Source: an uncultured Rhizobium sp. (GTDB lineage: Bacteria > Pseudomonadota > Alphaproteobacteria > Rhizobiales > Rhizobiaceae). Taken from it: a DNA stretch of 64,000 nt. Below, piece by piece: positions 39,415-47,908 of this stretch (the stretch's first letter is position 1; every line of letters begins with the position of its first letter). The notes beneath the pieces are model-generated. The model searched no databases. It had not been told where the DNA came from and saw nothing but the letters and a program-made list of their open reading frames with translations. The stretch lies in assembly GCA_945952045.1 (NCBI GenBank), contig CAMFHE010000001.1, positions 74,041 to 138,040 of the forward strand, written 5' to 3'. The translations under genes and the position numbers were made by a program.

Positions 39415-39906
39415 ATGGATCCGCGCCGCCTGGAGATGACCGTATTGATGACGCCCGACATGGCGAATTTTTCCGGAAAGGTCCATGGTGGCGCGCTTCT
39501 GAACCTGCTCGATCGCGTCGCTTTCTCCTGCGCCTCGCGCTATTCGCAGCAATATGCGGTGACGCTTTCCGTCGATCAGGTGATGTTCAAGGAGCCAATC
39601 CATGTCGGCGAACTCGTCACCTTCCGCGCTTCGGTCAATCACACTGGCCGAACCTCGATGGAGATCGGCATTCGCGTCGAAGCGGAAAACATTCGCTCCG
39701 GCCACCGCCGGCATACGAATTCCTGTTATTTTACAATGGTCGCCGTCGATGATGCGGGAAAGCCGGTGCGCGTTCCCGAACTCGTTGCCACCGATCCCGT
39801 CGATATCAGGCGCTACAAGGCCGCCGAGTTGCGCCGAACGCTGCGGCGCGAATTTGCCGAGCGACTGGAATCGGTGGCGGCGACCGGCAGGGATGTCGTG
39901 AGTTGA
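39415..39906 (+). CDS. HotDog-fold acyl-CoA thioesterase
   Basis: PDMANFSGKVHGG..L..LD, VNHTGRTSMEIG. Confidence 0.9.
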   Translation: MDPRRLEMTVLMTPDMANFSGKVHGGALLNLLDRVAFSCASRYSQQYAVTLSVDQVMFKEPIHVGELVTFRASVNHTGRTSMEIGIRVEAENIRSGHRRHTNSCYFTMVAVDDAGKPVRVPELVATDPVDIRRYKAAELRRTLRREFAERLESVAATGRDVVS

Positions 39907-39909
39907 GGC

Positions 39910-40506
39910 CTACTTGACGGCCTTGACGCCTTCGAGGATCAGCGTCGTCGCGATATCGGCATATTCGTCGCGTGTGATCGGCCCATTGGGACGGAACCAC
40001 ATATAGACCCAGTTCATCATGCCGAACAGCGACATGGTGACGGGCATCAGCAGCGGCCGGTCCTTGGCGAGATCGGGATTGATGTCGCGGATGACGCCTG
40101 AGAAACGCTTGACGATCTGCCGCTCGATTGCCTGCAATTCGGTCAGTTGTTCGGGGGAAAGTGCGCTGGTGCCGTTGAGCTGCACCTTGTGTTCGTTGTC
40201 GCGGCCTTCGTAATTGCTCAGCACGGCTTTGACCAGCTGCCGCAGCCGCTCCTGCGGCGGCGCATCCGGCCGGTCAGCGGCTTCGATGGCGCTTTGCAGT
40301 TCCGAAAGATGCGTGCGCACGATGTCGAAGATCAGCGCATCCTTGCTCGGATAATAATGGTAGAGCAGCGCCTTGGAGACATTGCTGTGCGTGGCGATCA
40401 TCGACATGGACGCCTTTTCCATGCCCATCTCGGCAAACACCGCCGCGGCACTCGAGAGAATGCCGCGCTGTTTTTCCTCGAAATCGACTGCGCGTGTGCG
40501 TGCCAT
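39910..40506 (-). CDS. paaR: TetR family regulator, PaaR-like
   Basis: SKALLYHYYPSK HTH, LFGMMNWVYMWFRPNG; PaaR-type boxes at both paa promoters. Confidence 0.75.
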   Translation of the reverse strand: MARTRAVDFEEKQRGILSSAAAVFAEMGMEKASMSMIATHSNVSKALLYHYYPSKDALIFDIVRTHLSELQSAIEAADRPDAPPQERLRQLVKAVLSNYEGRDNEHKVQLNGTSALSPEQLTELQAIERQIVKRFSGVIRDINPDLAKDRPLLMPVTMSLFGMMNWVYMWFRPNGPITRDEYADIATTLILEGVKAVK

Positions 40507-40591
40507 GTGCCTGCTCTGTTTTTCCTGATGTTCGGGGAGGGCGGTCGCCCTCCCTATACACAGTCAACCCGACCTTGGGCTATCCTGTCGT

Positions 40592-41902
40592 TCATTCTTT
40601 CGGACGGTTGTCGACCACCCGTTTCGCCTTGCCTTCGGAACGGGCGACGCCGCCTGGTTCGTGCACAAGGATCTTGGTGGAGACGCCGACCACGCTCTTG
40701 ATGTGATGGGCAAGCTCCCTGGCCGAGCCGGTCCGCGCACCCTCGTCTGTCGCATCGAGCGTACATTCGACATGGACGGTCATATTGTCCATGCGGCCTG
40801 CGCGGGTCAGTTCGATCTGGAAATGCGGGGCGAGGCCGCGACATTTGAGGATCTGCTCCTCGATCTGCGTCGGGAAGATGTTGACGCCACGCAGGATCAT
40901 CATGTCGTCGGAGCGACCGGTGATCTTTTCCATGCGGCGCATGGAACGCGCCGTGCCGGGCAGCAGCCGTGTCAGATCGCGGGTGCGGTAGCGGATGATC
41001 GGCAGGCCTTCCTTGGTCAGCGTGGTAAACACCAGTTCGCCTATCTCGCCATCCGGCAAGACTTCGCCGGTCACCGGATCGATGATCTCGGGATAAAAAT
41101 GGTCTTCCCAGATATGCAGCCCGTCCTTTGTCTCGACGCATTCATTGGCGACGCCGGGACCCATGACCTCCGACAGACCGTAAATATCGACGGCATGCAT
41201 GTCGAAGGCCTGCTCGATTTCCTCGCGCATCGCATTCGTCCACGGTTCCGCCCCGAAAATGCCGACGGCAAGCGAGCTTTCGCGCGGATCGATGCCGTGC
41301 TTGCGGAATTCGTCGAGGATGGAGAGCATGTAGGAGGGCGTGACCATGATGATGCGCGGCTTGAAATCCTGCATCAGCGTCACCTGCCGCTCCGTCATGC
41401 CGCCGGAGATCGGAACGACCGTACAGCCGAGCCTTTCCGCGCCGTAATGGGCACCGAGACCGCCGGTGAACAGGCCATAGCCATAGGCGACATGCACGAT
41501 ATCGCCGGCCCGGCCACCGGAGGCGCGGATCGAACGGGCGACGACATCGGACCAGGTCTCGATATCCTTCTTCGTATAGCCGACGACGGTCGGCTTGCCG
41601 GTCGTGCCGGAGGAGGCATGGATGCGCGCCAGTTTTTCCCGCGGCACGGCGAACATGCCGAAGGGATAGGTGTCGCGCAGATCCTTCTTGGTGGTGAAGG
41701 GAAATTTCGCAAGGTCGGACAGCGTCTTCAGGTCCGAGGGGTGGATACCGGCCTCATCGAAGCGCTTGCGGTAAAAGGGGGAATTGTCGTAGGCATGGCC
41801 CAGCGACCATTTCATGCGGTCGAGCTGCAGCGCGGAAATCTCGTCGCGGGAGGCCGTCTCGATCGCATCGAGGTCTCCGGGGCGGGGCGAAAGGTCTTCC
41901 AT
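40592..41902 (-). CDS. paaK: Phenylacetate-CoA ligase
   Basis: HASSGTTGKPTVVGY, YGLFTGGLGAHYG, DIYGLSEVMGPG. Confidence 0.96.
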   Translation of the reverse strand: MEDLSPRPGDLDAIETASRDEISALQLDRMKWSLGHAYDNSPFYRKRFDEAGIHPSDLKTLSDLAKFPFTTKKDLRDTYPFGMFAVPREKLARIHASSGTTGKPTVVGYTKKDIETWSDVVARSIRASGGRAGDIVHVAYGYGLFTGGLGAHYGAERLGCTVVPISGGMTERQVTLMQDFKPRIIMVTPSYMLSILDEFRKHGIDPRESSLAVGIFGAEPWTNAMREEIEQAFDMHAVDIYGLSEVMGPGVANECVETKDGLHIWEDHFYPEIIDPVTGEVLPDGEIGELVFTTLTKEGLPIIRYRTRDLTRLLPGTARSMRRMEKITGRSDDMMILRGVNIFPTQIEEQILKCRGLAPHFQIELTRAGRMDNMTVHVECTLDATDEGARTGSARELAHHIKSVVGVSTKILVHEPGGVARSEGKAKRVVDNRPKE

Positions 41903-41944
41903 GAATATGTCTCCTCCGGGAATGCGGGATGGGCTGGCGTCCGC

Positions 41945-42385
41945 CTATTCCGGCAGATGCGTGCCCTTGATCGTTCGCGAGTGGCCGCGGAATTCCGCGA
42001 TCTGCTCGCCCTCCTGATTGCGAATGTGGATATCGTAGATGCCGCCGCGTCCCCGGCGTGATACCTCCCGCGCCGTTGCCGTCAGCCGGTCGCCTTTGAA
42101 GGCGGGCGCGATGAAGGTGACCGAACAGTGCTGCGCGACGGCATGCTGGTTGTGGCTGTTGCAGGCAAAGGCAAAGGCCGAATCCGCCAGCGTGAAGATA
42201 TAGCCGCCATGGCAGGTGCCGTGTCCATTGGTCATGATCCCGGTGATCTCCATGGCAATCGCGGCTTCGCCGGGGCCGATGGAAAGGAGTTCCATGCCGA
42301 GATGGCGGGTGGCGTTGTCCTCGTTCCACATTGCCTCGGCGCAGGCTTCGGCAAGGGATTGCGGGGAAAGATCGGCGGCGCTCAT
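41945..42385 (-). CDS. paaI: Phenylacetyl-CoA thioesterase
   Basis: NGHGTCHGGYIFTLADSAFAFACNS. Confidence 0.95.
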   Translation of the reverse strand: MSAADLSPQSLAEACAEAMWNEDNATRHLGMELLSIGPGEAAIAMEITGIMTNGHGTCHGGYIFTLADSAFAFACNSHNQHAVAQHCSVTFIAPAFKGDRLTATAREVSRRGRGGIYDIHIRNQEGEQIAEFRGHSRTIKGTHLPE

Positions 42386-43170
42386 TTGCCGGAAAATTCC
42401 GGTTTGCGCTTTTCGAGGAAGGCGGAAACGCCTTCGGCATAATCGGCGCTGCGGCCGGCCTCGCGCTGCAGATCGCGTTCGAGATCGAGTTGTTCGTCGA
42501 GCGAATTGGTCGCGGCGGCCTGAATGGCGCGCTTGGTCATGCCAAGACCTCTGGTCGGGCCGGCTGCGAGCCGGGTGGCAAGCGCCGTTGCTTCTTCCAT
42601 CAGCGTGTCGTCATCGACGGCGCGCCAGATCAGGCCCCAGTCGGCGGCGGTTTCCGCACCCAGCGGCTCGGCGGTCAGCGCCAGCGCCTTGGCGCGGGCC
42701 TCTCCGATCAGGCGGGGCAGGCTCCAGGTGCCGCCGGAATCCGGAACAAGGCCGATCTTGGCAAAGGCCTGAATGAAGCGGGCGGAGCGGGCGGCAAGGG
42801 TGATATCGCAGGCAAAGGCGATATTTGCGCCGGCACCCGCCGCGACGCCGTTCACGGCGCAGATAACCGGCTTTTCAAGGCTTCGGATCAGGCGCAGCAA
42901 GGGGTTATAGAAGGTTTCGATGGTACGGCCGAGGTCCGGCACGCCTTTCTTGGGGTCGCGGTCACCAAGATCCTGACCGGCGCAAAAACCACGTCCGGCG
43001 CCGGTGAGCAACACGGCGCGCACGGCGCTGTCGGCATGGGCGCGCTCGAAGCCGGCGCGCAACGCCAGATGCATCTCGTCATTGAAAGCGTTCAGCTTTT
43101 CCGGCCGGTTCAGCGTAAGGCCGAGAACGCCATCGGCGAGCGTTGAGAGTATGGTGTCGGATTCGGACAT
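42382..43170 (-). CDS. paaG: Epoxyphenylacetyl-CoA isomerase
   Basis: FCAGQDL, GAGANIAFACD, GLVPDSGG. Confidence 0.93.
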   Translation of the reverse strand: MSESDTILSTLADGVLGLTLNRPEKLNAFNDEMHLALRAGFERAHADSAVRAVLLTGAGRGFCAGQDLGDRDPKKGVPDLGRTIETFYNPLLRLIRSLEKPVICAVNGVAAGAGANIAFACDITLAARSARFIQAFAKIGLVPDSGGTWSLPRLIGEARAKALALTAEPLGAETAADWGLIWRAVDDDTLMEEATALATRLAAGPTRGLGMTKRAIQAAATNSLDEQLDLERDLQREAGRSADYAEGVSAFLEKRKPEFSGK

Positions 43171-43222
43171 GGCTCCTCCTGTCGCCCATCCCAGCGGCGA
43201 CCATGAAAAAATGGTTGCATAA

Positions 43223-43236
43223 ACCGACCGGTCAGT
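43223..43236. promoter_or_regulatory. Second PaaR operator
   Basis: ACCGA-ccgg-TCAGT (1 mismatch) in the divergent paaG/fadB-like promoter. Confidence 0.7.
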
Positions 43237-43324
43237 CAATTATAAAAGCGCAAAATGGCAGGAGGACGAAATTGACCGGAATTTTCCAGAGCCATCGAAT
43301 GGCCGCTGCTGTGACGATGACACC

Positions 43325-45391
43325 ATGACCGTCAGCATCGTCAGAGAAAATGCCATCGCCATCGTCGCGATCGACAATCCGCCCGTCAATGCCCTGTCTC
43401 AGGCGGTGCGCCAAGGCCTCGTCGATGCTGTGGCGGAGCTGGATGCCGATGCGGCGGTGAAGGCAGTCGTGCTGATCTGCGCCGGGCGAACCTTCATCGC
43501 CGGCGCTGATGTCAACGAGTTCGGCAAGCCGCCGCAGCGCCCACATCTGCCGGATGTGGTGGCGACCGTTGAGGGTGCGAAAAAGCCCTGGGTCGCGGCG
43601 ATCCATGGCAGCGCGCTTGGTGGCGGGCTGGAAGTGGCGCTCGGCTGCGCCTATCGCGTGGCGGTCGCTTCCGCCAGCCTCGGCCTGCCGGAAGTCAAGC
43701 TCGGCATCATCCCCGGCGCGGGTGGCACGGTGCGCCTGCCGCGTCTGATCGGCCCCGCCGCCGCCGTTGATATGATAACGGGTGGCAGCCCGGTCGGTGC
43801 GAGGAAGGCCGAGGCGCTTGGCCTTGTCGATACCATCATCGATGGCGATCTGCGCGCCGGCGCGATTGCCTTCGCCGAGGGCGCTGCGGAAAAAGCCTTG
43901 CCGCAGCCGATCTCCGGCCGTGCGGTGCCGGTGGTCGAAGCCGGTTTTTGGGAAGGCGCGGAAAAGGCCATCGCCGCCAAAGCGAAGCGCGAAATCGCGC
44001 CATTGCGGGCGCTGGCCTCGGTGCGCAAGGCCAGCGAAGCGGATTTTGCCGAGGCCATGGCCTTCGAGCGCGAGACGTTTCTGGAGCTTCGCGGCTCCGA
44101 ACAGGCGGCGGCGCTACGCCATGTCTTCTTCGCCGAACGCGCCGCGCCGCGTCCGCCTGAGCTTGCCGGGGTCACGCCGCGCGCTATCCGCTCGGCCGCC
44201 GTCATCGGCGGCGGCACGATGGGCGCGGGGATTGCCGCAGCGTTGCGCGACGCCTGCCTGCCGGTCGTTCTCATCGAGCGCGATGCGGCGGCGGTCGCGC
44301 GGGGGCTTGCCAATATCAAGGCCATCTATGATGGCTCGGTGAAGCGCGGGCGCATGACACAGGCCCTTGCCGATGAACGCATGGCCGGCGTCACCGGCGG
44401 CGATGACTACGGCCTGCTGGCCGATACCGATCTCGTCATCGAGGCGGTGTTCGAGGATCTTTCCGTCAAGCGCGCCGTCTTCGACAAACTGTCGGCGGTC
44501 TGCCGGCCGGATGCGGTGCTGGCCACCAACACCTCCTATCTCGATCCCGATGCGATCAGCCAGGGGGTGAGCCACCCGGAACGCTTCCTCGGCCTGCATT
44601 TCTTCAGCCCGGCGCATGTCATGAAGCTGCTGGAGATCGTGCCCACGGAAACGACCGCGCCGGAGGTGCTGGCAACCGGATTTTCGCTCGCTCGCATGCT
44701 CGGGAAGATCCCCGTGCGCGCAGGCATCTGCGACGGTTTCATCGGCAATCGCATCCTGAAGGTGACGCGCGCGCAAGCGGAACGGCTGTTGCTCTCCGGT
44801 GCGACGCCCTCTGCGGTCGATGCCGCCATGCGCGCCTTCGGCCTGCCGATGGGGCCTTTCGAGGCGCAGGATCTCGGCGGCCTCGACATCGCCGCCTTCC
44901 AGCGCAAGGCCGCGCGCGAACGCGGCGAAACGCCTTTCGCGCCCATCGCCGAACGTCTTTGCGCCATTGAGCGCTACGGCCAGAAAACCGGCGGCGGCTG
45001 GTACGACTACCAGCCGGGCGACCGTGCGCCAAAACCCTCCGAAACCGTGGCGGCGATCATCGTGGAAGAGGCGTCGGGCCGGCCGCAGTGGGTCTGGGAG
45101 GAGGCGGATATTGCCGATGCCATTATCCTGCCGATGGTGAACGAGGCGACGCGTATTCTGGAGGAAGGCGTGGCGCTGCGTTCCGCCGATATCGATCTCG
45201 TGAAAATCCATGGTTACGGTTTTCCGCGCTGGCGGGGCGGGCCGATGCAGTATGCGCAGGCGCGCGGGCTGGCGGCGGTCGTGGCTGTGCTGGATGGGTT
45301 GGCGGCGGCAGGTCTTGCCGCGCCGCCCTGCGAAGGCTTGCGCCGGGCGGCGCAGGCAGGTGGTTTTCAGGGCTTGTCCGGTAGAGGATGA
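43325..45391 (+). CDS. Fused enoyl-CoA hydratase/3-hydroxyacyl-CoA dehydrogenase (PaaF+PaaH equivalent)
   Basis: GGGLEVAL and LPEVKLG crotonase; GGGTMGAGIA, NTSYL, GLHFFSPA dehydrogenase. Confidence 0.9.
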   Translation: MTVSIVRENAIAIVAIDNPPVNALSQAVRQGLVDAVAELDADAAVKAVVLICAGRTFIAGADVNEFGKPPQRPHLPDVVATVEGAKKPWVAAIHGSALGGGLEVALGCAYRVAVASASLGLPEVKLGIIPGAGGTVRLPRLIGPAAAVDMITGGSPVGARKAEALGLVDTIIDGDLRAGAIAFAEGAAEKALPQPISGRAVPVVEAGFWEGAEKAIAAKAKREIAPLRALASVRKASEADFAEAMAFERETFLELRGSEQAAALRHVFFAERAAPRPPELAGVTPRAIRSAAVIGGGTMGAGIAAALRDACLPVVLIERDAAAVARGLANIKAIYDGSVKRGRMTQALADERMAGVTGGDDYGLLADTDLVIEAVFEDLSVKRAVFDKLSAVCRPDAVLATNTSYLDPDAISQGVSHPERFLGLHFFSPAHVMKLLEIVPTETTAPEVLATGFSLARMLGKIPVRAGICDGFIGNRILKVTRAQAERLLLSGATPSAVDAAMRAFGLPMGPFEAQDLGGLDIAAFQRKAARERGETPFAPIAERLCAIERYGQKTGGGWYDYQPGDRAPKPSETVAAIIVEEASGRPQWVWEEADIADAIILPMVNEATRILEEGVALRSADIDLVKIHGYGFPRWRGGPMQYAQARGLAAVVAVLDGLAAAGLAAPPCEGLRRAAQAGGFQGLSGRG

Positions 45392-45447
45392 TGGCTAAGC
45401 GCTGCCGACTGTGATGAGATAGGTTTGGGAGAGCCGGGGAGGGCGCG

Positions 45448-46365
45448 ATGCAGTCGCTGATGACGCCGGGGCACAAGTCGGTGCCGGTGGAAATTCTCGA
45501 AGCGGAGATCAGGAGGGTCTGCGGTTCCTTCGATCTGGAGCCGATGCGGCGGACGGGGGTCGTCAATGGCGATGTCACCACGCGGCGCATCGGCCCGTTC
45601 GATACGGCGATCGTGGCGCTCGATGCCTCCGAGGTCGCCCGCAACAGCCGCTCCATCAAACAGGATCCCGGCGAATATTTCTTCCTGCTGATGCAGGATG
45701 CCGGCCAGTGTCGTGTCGAGCAGGGCGACCAGGTGGCGGAGCTTTCGCCCGGCGACATGTTCCTGGTCGATTCCGTAAAACCCTCCACCTTCCTCTATCG
45801 CGGCGAGCGCTCAAACCAGGTGTCGCTGCATATTCCGCGTGAAGAGATGCTGCACCGTTTCGGCAATGCCTGCACCGGCGGCCTGTCGATTTCGCGCGAC
45901 GATCCGCTGTGGATCGCTATGCGCGCGGTCATTGCGAAGATGCTGCTGGAGGAGGGCGCGCAGGCGCAGCTTGGCGAGGCCTTTCTCTGCCTGATGGGCG
46001 CCTACCTGCATTCGGCCCGTGTCAACGGCGCAGCTGCCGAAACCCTGCTGTCTCGTGCCTTGGCGATGATCGACCGGCATCGCGCCGACCCGACATTCGG
46101 CCCGCGCGAGCTGGCGACCCGTCTCAATGTCTCGGAGCGCATGTTGCAGCGGCATTTCCGCCCGCTTGGCGAAACGCCCGGCCACCGGCTGCTGAGCCGC
46201 CGGCTGGAACTCGCCCATGCGCGGCTTTCCGGCCGCAAGGACCAGCCGGCCGAGGGCGTCACCGCCGTCGCCTTCGATTGCGGTTTCAACGACCTTTCTT
46301 ATTTCTACCGCGAGTTCCGCAAAAAATATGGCGCGACGCCGGGTTCGGTCGCGCGCTGCCATTGA
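45448..46365 (+). CDS. AraC family activator, FeaR-like
   Basis: FeaR-type N-domain (SPGDMFLVDS..P), C-terminal AFDCGFNDLSYFYREFRKKYG. Confidence 0.8.
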   Translation: MQSLMTPGHKSVPVEILEAEIRRVCGSFDLEPMRRTGVVNGDVTTRRIGPFDTAIVALDASEVARNSRSIKQDPGEYFFLLMQDAGQCRVEQGDQVAELSPGDMFLVDSVKPSTFLYRGERSNQVSLHIPREEMLHRFGNACTGGLSISRDDPLWIAMRAVIAKMLLEEGAQAQLGEAFLCLMGAYLHSARVNGAAAETLLSRALAMIDRHRADPTFGPRELATRLNVSERMLQRHFRPLGETPGHRLLSRRLELAHARLSGRKDQPAEGVTAVAFDCGFNDLSYFYREFRKKYGATPGSVARCH

Positions 46366-46400
46366 CGCTTTTGTCCAAAAGGCGGGACGGCGCCGTCCAA
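46364..46400 (+). promoter_or_regulatory. Putative AraC tandem binding sites
   Basis: GACG-N5-GTCCAA twice with 22-bp period upstream of the aldehyde dehydrogenase gene. Confidence 0.5.
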
Positions 46401-46481
46401 GTCTGACGCATCGCCCGCCTCTATTCTCTGCCACCAGATAGGACCGCTAGAGGAGGCGGGCCATGCATGGAGGAGGCGGAA

Positions 46482-47888
46482 ATGATGAAATTCAAGGCAA
46501 CCATCGGCGGCAAGCCGGCGAGCACCGGCTCGGACTTTGCCGTCCTCAACCCGGCGACCGGCGAAGAAGTCGGCCGCGCCCCGAACATGGGCGGGGCGGA
46601 GCTGGATGCGGCCGTCGCCGTCGCCAAGGCGGCGTTCGTTTCCTGGTCGGCGCAGAGCGACGAGGCCCTGCAGGCCGCTTGCGCCGCCGTGACGGCGAAG
46701 ATCGAGGAACATGCCGGCGAACTCGCCGAAATCATCACACTGGAGCAGGGCAAGCCGTTGAACGGTCTCGGCTCGCGCTGGGAAGTCGGCGGCGCCGTCG
46801 CCTGGGCCGGTTATACGACCGGGCTGTCGCTGCCGATAAAAGTCTTGCAGGACAATGAGCAGGGCCGCGTCGAACTGCATCGCAAGCCGCTCGGTGTCGT
46901 CGGCTCGATCACGCCGTGGAATTTTCCGCTGATGATTGCCGTCTGGCATATCCTGCCGGCGCTGCGCACCGGCAATACGGTCATCGTCAAGCCCTCGCCC
47001 TATACGCCGCTGTCGACGCTGCGGCTGGTCGAGATCATGAACGAGGTGCTGCCGCCGGGCGTCGTCAATGTGGTGACGGGCGACGACAAGGCGTTCAATC
47101 TCGGCGGCGCCATGTCGGCGCATCCGGATATCCGCAAGATCGTTTTCACCGGCTCCTGCGCCACCGGCCAGAAGGTCATGCAATCCGCCGCCGCGACCAT
47201 GAAGCGCCTGACGCTGGAAATGGGCGGCAACGATGCCGGCATCGTGTTGCCGGATGCCGATCCGGCAAAGATTGCCGAAGGCCTGTTCTGGGGCGCCTTC
47301 ATCAACAACGGCCAGACCTGCGCGGCGATGAAGCGGCTCTATGTGCATGACTCCATTCACGATGCCGTCTGCGAGGCGCTCGTCGCCTATGCGAAGGCGA
47401 TCCCGGTCGGCAACGGCATGGACGAGGCCAGCATTCTCGGCCCGATCCAGAACCGCATGCAGTTCGACAAGGTTTCGCGGCTGGTGGCCGATGCGAAGGA
47501 GCGCGGCAATGTGTTGCTCGGCGGCGCGCCGGGCGAGGGCCTGTTCTTCCCGCCGACCCTCGTTTCAGGCCTTCGCAACGGCGATGCACTTGTTGATGAG
47601 GAGCAGTTCGGTCCGGCCTTGCCGATCATCCGTTATTCCGACGTCGACGAGGCGATCCGGCTTGCCAATGACAGCCCGAACGGGCTCGGCGGCTCGGTCT
47701 GGTCGTCCGATATCGAGGCGGCGAAGAAGGTCGCGAGCCGCATGGCCTGCGGCTCCGTCTGGATCAACAAGCATGGCGCCATCCAGCCGAATGCGCCCTT
47801 CGGCGGCGTGAAGTCCTCCGGCATCGGCGTCGAGTTCGCGGAAGAGGGATTGGCCGAATACACCGATATCCAGGTGGTCTTCGCCTGA
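46482..47888 (+). CDS. Aldehyde dehydrogenase, probable phenylacetaldehyde dehydrogenase
   Basis: PWNFP, LEMGGND, GQTCAA, EQFGP; lies between the FeaR-like gene and the amine oxidase. Confidence 0.85.
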   Translation: MMKFKATIGGKPASTGSDFAVLNPATGEEVGRAPNMGGAELDAAVAVAKAAFVSWSAQSDEALQAACAAVTAKIEEHAGELAEIITLEQGKPLNGLGSRWEVGGAVAWAGYTTGLSLPIKVLQDNEQGRVELHRKPLGVVGSITPWNFPLMIAVWHILPALRTGNTVIVKPSPYTPLSTLRLVEIMNEVLPPGVVNVVTGDDKAFNLGGAMSAHPDIRKIVFTGSCATGQKVMQSAAATMKRLTLEMGGNDAGIVLPDADPAKIAEGLFWGAFINNGQTCAAMKRLYVHDSIHDAVCEALVAYAKAIPVGNGMDEASILGPIQNRMQFDKVSRLVADAKERGNVLLGGAPGEGLFFPPTLVSGLRNGDALVDEEQFGPALPIIRYSDVDEAIRLANDSPNGLGGSVWSSDIEAAKKVASRMACGSVWINKHGAIQPNAPFGGVKSSGIGVEFAEEGLAEYTDIQVVFA

Positions 47889-47908
47889 TAAGAAGAAAGG
47901 GAACGATC

